Part shown: in pieces, positions 12,910 to 22,579 of the stretch
How positions within the stretch are numbered: position 1 is the first letter of the stretch
Layout of the letters: each line of letters begins with the position of its first letter
Assembly: GCA_002269645.1 (NCBI GenBank)
Contig: NIVC01000004.1
Coordinates: forward strand, 434,001-498,000
Source: Macrostomum lignano
Taxonomy: Eukaryota
Length of the DNA stretch: 64,000 nt
Direction: 5' to 3'
Position numbers and translations under genes: made by a program
The notes under the pieces: model-generated
Databases searched by the model: none
What the model saw: only the letters and a program-made list of their open reading frames with translations
Told to the model about the DNA's origin: nothing

Positions 12910-13425
12910 TCAGACTGATCAGTCAGCCAATCCAGTCAGCCAATCAATCACAATCAGACAGCCAATCAATCACAGCCAATCAGACAGCCAATCCAGTCAG
13001 TCAATCAGACGGCCAATCAAACAGCCAATCAGACAGCCAATCAGACAGCCAATCAGACAGCCAATCAATCACAGCAATCAGACAGCCAATCAATCACAGC
13101 AATCAGACAGCCAATCAGACAGCCAATCAATCACAGCCAATCAGACAGCCAATCCAGTCAGCCAATCAGACGGCCAATCAATCACAGGCAATCAAACAGC
13201 CAAAGAGACACAGCCAATCAAACACAGTAAATCAGAAACAGCCAATCAGTCAGCCAAATGGACACAGCCAATCAAAAACAGTAAATCAGAAACAACCAAT
13301 CAGACACAGCCGATCAAACAGCCAATCAGACAGCCAATCAAATAGCCAATCAGACACAGCCAATCAGACACAGCCAATCAAACAACCAATCAGACACAGC
13401 CGATCAAACAGCCAATCAGACGCAA
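12910..13425. repeat. Degenerate array rich in CAGCCAATCA
   Basis: Dozens of AGCCAATCA/ACCAATCA copies read directly. Confidence 0.9.
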
Positions 13426-13542
13426 TCAAGCGCAGAAAACTAAATCAGGGGTGACAGATCCGCAGTCTCTGCTGCAATTTCAGAAGCAGCAGCTCTATAG
13501 TTCTGTGTCGTCTCACTCTGCAAAATCTCAAAAGCGGGGCCA

Positions 13543-13749
13543 ATGGACGCGGACTCCCTGCTGGGACCAGAGGACAGACAGCATCAGTCGGATTCGGCCA
13601 ACACGGAGGTGCCCCGCGTGCTGCTGTGCATGTCGCTGTTCGCCAGCCTGCTGGTGCTGGTGCTCATGTGTGACGCCAAGCTGCGCAGACGGATCAGGCA
13701 CTGCGTTCGGGGCTCTGGAAGATCCGTACAGCAGCTCGCGCAGTGCTGA
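13543..13749 (+). CDS. Candidate 68-aa single-pass membrane micropeptide
   Basis: ATG..TGA with GC3-rich codons; hydrophobic VLLCMSLFASLLVLVLMC followed by KLRRRIRH; upstream acceptor TTTCAG (13483) and donor GTAAGT (12639) suggest a 5'UTR intron. No homology recognised. Confidence 0.4.
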   Translation: MDADSLLGPEDRQHQSDSANTEVPRVLLCMSLFASLLVLVLMCDAKLRRRIRHCVRGSGRSVQQLAQC

Positions 13750-13779
13750 GGACTGAGCAACTGCCGACTGGAGAAATCT

Positions 13780-13985
13780 GAGTTCTGAGTGCTGATTGCT
13801 GAGTGCTGAGTGCTGATTGCTGAGTTCTGATTGCTGAGTTCTGATTTCTGAGTGCTGAGTGCTGAGTGCTGAGTGCTGATTTCTGAGTGCTGATTTCTGA
13901 GTGCTGATTGCTGAGTGCTGATTGCTGATTCTTGAGTGCTGAGTGCCGAGCGCTGATTGCTGATTGTTTAGTGCTGAATTCTGAG
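13780..13985. repeat. 7-bp repeat (TGCTGAG/TGCTGAT)
   Basis: Direct reading. Confidence 0.9.
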
Positions 13986-14509
13986 TTGAGTACCGACAGG
14001 CAGTCAGCGGAGGCCCCAGCAAGCACTCACTCACACTTACCACTCAGCACAGAGACTTTCTCATAGTTTGATTACCAAGCAGGCCTCAACCCGACCTGTG
14101 CTTTATGCTTTTATTCATTTTCAATCATTGCAATAAAATGAATGCACAGACAATTTTCCAATTTTTTCTACTATTGAATGATAGACCAAAACTTTGACAA
14201 AGTGCAAAACAGCTCCGACTTTTCGTGTCACGAGGCAGCCCGAAAACAAAAAACTTTGCTTGCCGCCTGCCTCAAAGAAGCCGCTGGCGTGCCGCGGGGC
14301 GGTGCGGCTTCACGGCCGACTCGGCACGGCTCGGGGGGGGGGTTAGGGGGGGGCAGGCACGCGGAAATCTGCGCCAGGCTAAAAGATCTGCTTTCTTTCG
14401 CGAGAAGGGAAACGGTGAACTTTTGCTGATAAAGAAAGAAATAGTGCTCCCCTGACTGGCCTCATTACCTGAGCATGCAACTTGCAACCTGATTCTCTGC
14501 CTATCTCCA

Positions 14510-15125
14510 ACTCAGTCACCCACTTCATCCTCACCTCAGTCACCCACTTCATCCTCACCTCAGTCACCCACCTCAGTCACCCACCTCAGTCAGCCACCTC
14601 AGTCAGCCACCTCAGTCAGCCACCTCAGTCACCCACCTCAGTCACCCACCTCAGTCACCCACCTCAGTCACCCACCTCAGTCACCCACCTCAGTCACCCA
14701 TTTCACCCTCATCCTAGTCACCCACCTCATCCCCACTTCAGTCACCCACCTCATCCCCACTTCAGTCACCCACCTCATCCCCACTTCAGTCGCCCACCTC
14801 ATCCCCACTTCAGTCACCCACCTCATCCCCACTTCAGTCACCCACCTCATCCCCACTTCAGTCACCCACCTCATCCCCACTTCAGTCACCCACCTCATCC
14901 CCACTTCAGTCACCCACCTCATCCCCACTTGAGTCACCCACCTCATCCCCACTTCAGTCACCCACCTCATCCCCACTTCAGTCACCCACCTCATCCCCAC
15001 TTCAGTCACCCACCTCATCCCCACTTCAGTCACCCACCTCATCCCCACTTGAGTCACCCACCTCATCCCCACTTCAGTCACCCACCTCACCCTCACCCCA
15101 GTCCCCACCCCACCCTAACCTCAGT
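14510..15125. repeat. 24-bp minisatellite CACCCACCTCATCCCCACTTCAGT with 12-bp precursor units
   Basis: Direct reading. Confidence 0.95.
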
Positions 15126-16005
15126 CAGCCACACTTCTGCACTAGCAAACCAATTTCCACCCCAGCTGGCAAAATCACGCACATCAAAATAAATCACTGT
15201 TTGAAGCAGAAAAGATTTTTTAAAACGCTACTTTTACCTCGAACCATCCTGGCCCAATCAATCTCTTTGAAGAGGCCCGAAGGCCTCTCGCTTTGGCTAT
15301 GCGAGAGCCCAGCTGCACCGCGAGAAGAGGAAGGAACAGGGGAGGACGGCTGAGCCCTCACCGATGGGCCTTTGAGACCGGGGAAGCATTTCAGCCAGGT
15401 GCGAGCTCAGGACTCGAGGCGGGCGCATGCAGCAACAAGGAGGGGAGTTGAAACGACGAGAAATTCTTGTCTAAAAAGGAAGCTAAGAATTTTCCCCAGC
15501 CTGGGGGGGAAGGCGATCGACTCAAGCTCGCACTCTGTGGGGGAGCAGGCTGTAAGGGATTATCACAGAGATTATTCTTGCCTACAGCGCTTTTACATTA
15601 AGGCGTCGCTAGCCCAAAATTTTTGGGAAAATGAACCGAACTAAACATTAAGATGCAAGAAGAGCTTAAAGTGCATTTTGCACTTTGAACACCATGGGTA
15701 CCTTAAACCTTAAGATACCTTAAGAATTTCAGAAAGAAGAATATGGGAGTAAATTTTTCAGGTACCGATCGACGTAGGTCTTCTGATTTGCCGCTCCGCC
15801 GCAAAGCTTCGAGCCGCCCATTCGATGCCCGGCAAATCCTCACGAGCGACTTCCAGCTCCGCTTTGATTGGTCGGAGCGGCTGGACGATGGAGAGGCGGA
15901 AGCGAGTGGATGGCTAAATTTGGCAGAGATTGAGAGCGAAGGAGAGACTTGAAAAGAGATGAAGTGACAGGCAGGCAGGCAGGTCCATCAGTGGAAAAGC
16001 CCGTC

Positions 16006-16758
16006 ATGCTGAGAAGCGGCAGCGGCCCTGGCAACACCGGGAGCGGCATTTTCGGCCAGAGCAACAGCTGCGCCGCGGGGGCCGGCGGCAGCGGCGGCAG
16101 CGGCGGCAGCCTGTCCGCCAGCGCGGCAGCAGCCAACGCCAGCGCCGCCTCGCAGCAGCAGGTGCGCATCGCCATCCTCGGCGCCAGGGCTGTCGGCAAG
16201 ACTTGCCTGGTTGAGCAGTTCGTCAACTGCGCCTGTCCGGAGGTGTACGAGCCCACCCAGCTGCCCGCAGTGCACCGGCCCTCCATCCAGCTGAATGAGC
16301 GCTCGCTGGAGACCCGCCTGATCGACTGCCCGCCGCTCGGCCGCTATCCCGCAGACTCCCTGCAGGAATTCGCCACCTGCCGCGGCTACGGCCTTCGCAA
16401 CGCCAGCGCTTACATACTAGTCTATGACGTCACCAACGAAGCCAGCTTCCGGCACGCTCGCCGCCTGCGGCAGGGCATCCGGGAGCAGCGGCCCGAGGCG
16501 CCGGTGCTTGTGGTGGCCAACAAGCTGGACCTCGTGGTGGGCCGCGCAGCCGGCAAGGAGGCCGCAGTCACCGTGCGCAAGCAGTGGAAGTGCCAGTTCG
16601 CCGAGTGCTCAGCCAAGTACAACTGGCGGGTGCAGGCCGCCTTCCGCGACCTGCTCAAGGCGGTGGAGCAGCAGCAGCTCCGGGAGGCGGCCGGGCACAA
16701 GCCAGCGACAGCTCGAGTGCAGGCGGTGCTGCGGCGGAACCAGTGCAGCCTGATGTGA
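16006..16758 (+). CDS. RASL10B: Ras-like protein family member 10 (RASL10B-like) small GTPase, intronless, 250 aa
   Basis: RIAILGARAVGKT, IDCPP (RASL10-type G3), AYILVYD, ANKLDL, VRKQWKCQFAECSAKYNW and LRRNQCSLM (CaaX) parallel human RASL10B (GARGVGKS, LDFPP, VRKTWKCGYVECSAKYNW, LRRNRCAIM). Confidence 0.92.
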   Translation: MLRSGSGPGNTGSGIFGQSNSCAAGAGGSGGSGGSLSASAAAANASAASQQQVRIAILGARAVGKTCLVEQFVNCACPEVYEPTQLPAVHRPSIQLNERSLETRLIDCPPLGRYPADSLQEFATCRGYGLRNASAYILVYDVTNEASFRHARRLRQGIREQRPEAPVLVVANKLDLVVGRAAGKEAAVTVRKQWKCQFAECSAKYNWRVQAAFRDLLKAVEQQQLREAAGHKPATARVQAVLRRNQCSLM

Positions 16759-16854
16759 CCCGCGCCCACTGTTCCAAGGACAAATAATTGCAATGCTATC
16801 CACACGAATTCATAGCGATTGACAGAGAAAGTTTTTGAGTTTTGAAAATGACTA

Positions 16855-18606
16855 CCGTGTGCGCAAAAGGTATCCGGACAAAATCTTGTTGGCTTTGCTT
16901 TCCGAGAGTTTGACATACTCCGGGAATTTAAAGCATCATTTGTATAATATGTCTATGGCCCAACTTCTGCCTGGAATTTTAACCCTGATATGCAAAATGG
17001 ACTCATGCTGTTCATCCTTTTATTTCGAAAGCTTCGTTTTCAATCCGCGGATTTGCCATCCCAAGTTGTCACAAAATGGCAAGCTATTCCTTGGATCTCA
17101 AGAAGCGTGTCGCTACCGACTTGACTTCTGGAATGAGCGTGCGAATGTGTGCTGAGAAGTACTCAGTAGGGAAGAGCACCGTCGGTGATTGGAAGAAGCT
17201 GCTGGATTCTGGCGACAGCCTGGAACCGAAGGAGAAATCGGGACGGCCGCGGACAGTCCGGACACCAGACTTCATGGCCAACCTCGAAGCCAAGCGGGCA
17301 GAAGACCCAACGAAGACGATGAGGCAAATTGCCCGAGAGGAAGGAGTGCATGAGAGCAATGTCCGCAATGCATTTCGGGAGATGGGCGTCAGGAGCTTCG
17401 TGCAGAGGGAGATCCCCATGCTGAACGCGGATCAGCTGGGGCTTCGGGTTCAACGGTCACGGAGGCTCCTGAATGACCTCAAGGCCTCTCCCGGAGTTGA
17501 AGTCATCTTCTTCACGGATGAAAAGAACTTCACGCAGACACCCTACCGGAATCGCAGCTCTTCGCGCGTGCTGGCCAGGAGCAGTGAGGAGCGGGACGCC
17601 TTCAACTCGCCACAGATTAAGCACCCGGCAACCATCATGGTCTTCGGCCTCGTCGCTTCTGATGGCAAGAAAATGCAGCCAATATTTTTTGACAAGGGGT
17701 ACCGACTGAATGGAGACGGGTACCTTGATGTGCTCCAGAAAGTGCTGCACTAGATTCGCAGTAACTATCCTGACAGGGTGCGGCCGGATGGCAGTTTTGC
17801 AGATGGCTGGAACTTTCGCTTCCAGCAGGACTCTGCTCCAGCACACACTCGCAATGACGTGCAGGCCTGGCTCAGCGCTCACTTCGGGCGCAAGCGCGTC
17901 TGGCTGAAGGAGGACTGGCCAGCCTACTCACCGGATCTAAATCCCCTGGATTTTTCGATCTGGAACCAGGTTGACAAGCGGGCCTGCAGAAGCTTCCACA
18001 CGTCCCTGGACTCGCTGAGATCTGCCATTCATGAGGCTTGGGAATCAGAGCTGACTCCGGAATATCTGGTGAGATGCTGCAAAGCGTTTCGTGGTCGTCT
18101 TGAGAAGGTGATTGCCCAAGGAGGTTCTCCAATCGTGGATTAAATCGAGTCTGGCATGCAGAGCCGCTTGTTGGAACCATTTGAGCAGCACATTTCAGCA
18201 AGTGGGCCAGGTGATTGATTCGAGGAAGTCTGACGATCTTGAACTCTGTTAGAAAAAGCGACCGCTTCTTTAAATTAAGTTTCACTTTTGTTGCTCAATG
18301 CCCGCGTTACGTTTCTCTTGTTCGCATTTTAGAAAAAAATCGTTTTTACGTTGTTAAATCGAACACGAGCTTGAAATTTCGCGATTTACGTCATCTACCT
18401 TTAATTAAGCCATTATCACCTTTCCAGGTGAAAATAGACCGACCTGTTGCATTGGCCACTTTGCTGAAAAACGAGCTACGACAATTTGTTGCATTAAATT
18501 GCGATGTGAAAATTCATTGATTTTGGGTACAACACGTGCATATTTATCTGTCCTTCTCTGCAACACATGCAAGTGTCCGGATACTTTTTGCGTACCTAAA
18601 AACTGG
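16855..18606 (+). mobile_element. Tc1/mariner (maT-like) DNA transposon
   Basis: Left end TA|CCGTGTGCGCAAAAGGTATCCGGACA; 18574-18592 is its reverse complement at 18/19; right terminus imperfect (approximate end). Confidence 0.85.
17076..18143 (+). pseudogene. Tc1/mariner transposase interrupted by one in-frame TAG at 17751-17753
   Basis: HTH N-terminus (KSGRPRTVRT), FFTDEK, FQQDSAPAH, WPAYSPDLNPLDFSIW; the two ORF-track pieces are in the same frame (offset 702 nt). Confidence 0.92.
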
Positions 18607-19080
18607 TATAGCGCAGTTGAAAGCTACTTTAACGGGTAGACGCTGAGATACCCAAGTCTGCTTGTCCCTCTTTATAATCGTACATAATCGTACAGAGTAC
18701 ATAGTCATAAAGCCGTTTCTCCACGTGTTTCTATTATATCCCTCGAGTTATTACGGTTCGGTTCGCTCATCTCTGTATTATGGCGGTATTGTTTGTTAAT
18801 TCTGAACAATTTGTTTTTTAAGCTGACTGCACCAAGCAAATGCACCTGATGCTGCGTGCTATTCGAGTTTCAAATTCACGGGCTCACGATTTTATTAAAG
18901 GGTATCTGCGGATGTTTTCTGCTCTTCCTATCCGGTCGTTTTGATACTTCCTAACCTTCGGCTGACGACTGGCTGCTCAAAAAAATGCGGACAGGTGCGC
19001 GAAGAGCAAACAGGAGGCTGTGGATATTGGGGATTCGAGCTGGAGAGCTTCGTGACTGGCGGCTTGTCTGGCGCAGTGGC

Positions 19081-19182
19081 TTATCTGGCCCAGGACAGCA
19101 CGGAGCTCGTGTGGAGCACGTTGGCAAACTCCCAGGTCCTCTGCTTGTAAGGCGCCAAGGCGGATTTCAGGTATTCAATCAC
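19081..19182 (-). CDS. Possible terminal exon of an unidentified gene (VIEYLKSALAPYKQRTWEFANVLHTSSVLSWAR*)
   Basis: Acceptor GGCCAG| then 33 codons with 27/33 GC3, ending in TAA; upstream exons not found. Confidence 0.3.
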   Translation of the reverse strand: MIEYLKSALAPYKQRTWEFANVLHTSSVLSWAR

Positions 19183-20014
19183 CTGGCCGAGCCCAGACAT
19201 TCGGTACAGTGTACTATACTAAAATCTGAAGACGGTCGAAAATGAACCTATAATTTTGAATATTTGATGGAGCATCTATTCATTTGCACAAGACATAATA
19301 GTAATTGCTGATATAGCAGAGCGGCAAGTCAACTCGTGTGCCGGCGGCAATTTGCATTCCACTAATGCAATTGTTGTAAGATATGCTCGCAGCAATTCAG
19401 CCTCTCCAGTGCCTGTTCCTTTTCACCTCTATAATTCCGCTCGCAACGGGTCTTTCCTTCCTTCTGCTTCCCATTCCTCAAGTTAAAATTGTCTCAGCAA
19501 AAATAGCTTCCCACCTTGTGCCGTCTCGTTTCTGCTTCGCGGTCGGGTTGGCAAAAATCTTGTGAAATCAGCTAATCCCTAATCCCTTTGCAGACTTTTA
19601 TAGACTTCTATTTCATTCCTTCCTTTGTATAAATTCCGCTTCCTTAAACCCTTGAGACGCATCCTGTGAAGTATTAGCAGGCTCGATCGGCTGGGTTCGC
19701 CAACTCGGCACGTTCTAAGCAGATTCAAAGCGCTAGCTCTGGAGTACTGGGCGTGCTTTTTATAGATCCCGGCAGTAAAAAATGGTAAGCTCCGCTCCAC
19801 AGCTAAAATGCTCTTTCATTTCTCTATTGTGAAATTGCCCTTCTTGAAACAGAATTCAATCCATTAAGTGAATCTCGCGCTGTGGAGGCGGCTATCACGT
19901 AATGCACCGCTCTCTCGCCTTTCAAATACTTGGCTCATCTGGTTCACTCGAGACTTTAGGCATTATCCTCGTTGCTTTTGCATCTCACATTCGCAATTGA
20001 TGAAAACTGCAAAC

Positions 20015-21020
20015 AATCCGTTCCAGAGGCTTTAGAACTGCTCATTAATCCGTTACAGGTGCTTTAGAACTGCTCATTAATCCGTTCCAGGTGCTTTAGA
20101 ACTGGTCATTAATCCGTTTCAGATACTCATTAATCCGTTCCAGGTGCTTTAGAACTGCTCATTAATCCGTTCCAGATGCTTTAGAACTGCTCATTAATCC
20201 GTTCCAGATGCTTTAGAACTGCTCATTAATCCGTGCCAGATGCTTTAGAACTGCTCATTAATCCGTGCCAGATGCTTTAGAACTGCTCATTAATCCGTTC
20301 CAGATGCTTTAGAACTGCTCATTAATCGGTTCCAGATGCTTTAGAACTGCTCATTAATCCGTTCCAGATGCTTTAGAACTGCTCATTAATCCGTTCCAGA
20401 TGCTTTAGAACTGCTCATTAATCCGTTCCAGATGCTTTAGAACTGGTCATTAATCCGTTCCAGATGCTTTAGAACTGCTCATTAATCTGTTTCAGATGCT
20501 TTAGAACTGCTCATTATTCCATTCCAGATGCTTTAGAACTGCTCATTAATCCATTTCAGATACTCATTAATCCGTTCCAGGTGCTTTAGAACTGCTCATT
20601 AATCCGTTCCAGATGCTTTAGAACTGCTCATTAATCTGTTTCAGATGCTTTAGAACTGCTCATTAATCCGTTCCAGATGCTTTAGAACTGCTCATTAATC
20701 CGTTCCAGATGCTTTAGAACTGCTCATTAATCCGTTCCAGGTGCTTTAGAACTGCTCATTAATCCGTTCCAGATGCTTTAGAACTGCTCATTAATCTGTT
20801 TCAGATGCTTTAGAACTGCTCATTAATCTGTTTCAGATGCTTTAGAACTGCTCATTAATCCATTTCAGATACTCATTAATCCGTTCCAGGTGCTTTAGAA
20901 CTGCTCATTAATCTGTTTCAGATGCTTTAGAACTGCTCATTAATCCATTTCAGATACTCATTAATCCGTTCCAGGTGCTTTAGAACTGCTCATTAATCCG
21001 TTCCAGATGCTTTAGAACTG
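20015..21020. repeat. 32-bp minisatellite TTAGAACTGCTCATTAATCCGTTCCAGATGCT
   Basis: Direct reading; ~30 copies with shorter variants. Confidence 0.96.
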
Positions 21021-22272
21021 CTTGGCTATTACCGCGGCTCCTAACGATGCAGAGTTGTAAATTGATGGTTGACAACGACGCTTATCTATTCGGCTTCTCG
21101 TTGCCAATGGCAACATGCATACGAGGTTTCGAGCAGTTCGCTAGTTGTCAAGGCCGGTATAAGCAGAAAGTGACACAATTATCAATCAATTATTCTCCAT
21201 AGAGCGATATTAGCAAGCATCCTGCATCAATAATGTATATTTCATAGATTTTCCTATCGAAATTAAAATATAAAATACGCACTGCAATAAGAAATCAAAG
21301 CAGAGTTAGCATAATTATATATAGTTTAATAATTAATATAAAAAGCGCCTAACAACAACATCGGCTTGGATCAGCGGGTCCCGAACAGTCCATCGCCAAC
21401 CGGTCCAAAATGCCGAGTGCAGCAGTAAAAAACTGTTAAAATTGGGCCACGGCTTAAACTACTAAAAGTAGCTTTTAAGCTTATAAACAATTAGCGGTGC
21501 GGCATGCGCCTCAGCTGACGGTGAGGTAATTAATGCACCGAGAGAAGCATGCTGCTTAAGCGGCAATTAGAACTTCAATTCAAAAGTGACTACGAAATTA
21601 TCGTTAATTTTGAAACACTTCTATAAGCTCAAGGAGCGAGCGCACCTTGCGTATAACAAAAAAGCCGATTTAGCAAACATTAAATGGACCCAGAGGCGAT
21701 AAAAGTGGCTAATGCAGACAGGCAGACTCAGAAATACAGTTCGCTAAAATAAACTAGAGGCTTAACAGAAATATCCGGCACAGGCGGTCGGGTACGGCAG
21801 TTACTACTATGTGTAATAATATGAGACTATTATACATACACACCGCAACTCCGACTCAGGACATGCAAGCGGCGGCTAGCAACAGGGTGCTTGGGTGGCT
21901 TCAGGACATGGGCTGTGTGGCTTCAGGCTATGGATTGGGTGGCTTCAGGCCATGGGCTGGTGGCTTCAGGCTATGGATTGGGTGGCTTCAGGACATGGGC
22001 TGTGTGGCTTCAGGCTATGAATTGGGTGGCTTCAGGCTTTGAATTGAGTGGCTTCAGGACATGGGCTGGTGGCTTCAGGCTTTGAATTAGTTGGCTTCAG
22101 GACATGGGCTGGTGGCTTCAGGCTTTGAATTAGGTGGCTTCAGGCCATACATGTGCAACCTCCAAAATTCGGTCAGCCGTGCGACTTAGTTTTAACAAAA
22201 ATGCGACGTAGTTTTTGGCCAAAAATGCGACTTACATATAAAAAAACCCGAAAGCAAAATTAACGCAACTTT

Positions 22273-22336
22273 GGGTAAACGGCAGGAGTAACTATGACTG
22301 TTTTATTAGGCTAAAATGCCTCGTCAGCTACTTAGT
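22273..22336 (+). pseudogene. 64-nt 28S rRNA-derived fragment (helix 69-71 region, R2/I-PpoI target site) inside the MITE
   Basis: GGGTAAACGGCAGGAGTAACTATGACT-GTTTTATTAGGCTA-AAATGCCTCGTCAGCTACTTAGT aligns ungapped to eukaryotic 28S GGGTAAACGGCGGGAGTAACTATGACT-CTCTTAAGGTAGCC-AAATGCCTCGTCATCTAATTAGT (recalled): 51/64. Confidence 0.85.
22302..22307 (-). promoter_or_regulatory. Candidate poly(A) signal AATAAA for ILK
   Basis: TTTATT on plus; first AATAAA seen on the ILK strand after the stop (~270 nt), followed by a U-rich stretch. Confidence 0.35.
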
Positions 22337-22579
22337 ACTACTCTTCAGGTTATTTTTTGGGTGGGAATTTTTGCGACTTCCTTGATTGGCCGCCAAATCG
22401 GTCGGCCGGATCGGCCGACTCGGCCGACTGTTGCGCATGTATGCTTCAGGCCATGGGCTGGTGGCTTCAGGCTTTGAATTAGGTGGCTTCAGGACATGGG
22501 CTGGGTGGCTTCAGGACATTGGTTGCATGACTTCAGGCAATAAAACGGGGTCTTCAGACAGGGAACTTCACCCTTCAAC

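Larger units (their letters stand above)
22146..22443. mobile_element. 298-bp MITE (hAT- or P-like): 13-bp TIRs, 8-bp TSD
   Basis: TIRs CATACATGTGCAA / TTGCGCATGTATG (12/13); TSD CTTCAGGC at 22138-22145 and 22444-22451; subterminal TGCGAC and TCGGCCGA repeats. Confidence 0.88.
21893..22530. repeat. Degenerate ~21-bp GGTGGCTTCAGGACATGGGCT array, split by a MITE
   Basis: Units at 21893-22145 and 22444-22530. Confidence 0.9.

Noticed and set aside
17751-17753. Transposase TAG as programmed readthrough or genetic-code reassignment
   Set aside because: A single G>A from a Trp codon explains it; host genes read with the standard code.
20015-21020. 32-bp (and other 19-46-bp) arrays as CRISPR arrays
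   Set aside because: Units are head-to-tail with no unique spacers, there are no cas genes, and the context is eukaryotic.
22273-22336. Functional rRNA gene
   Set aside because: Only 64 nt, helix pairing disrupted, embedded in a MITE.
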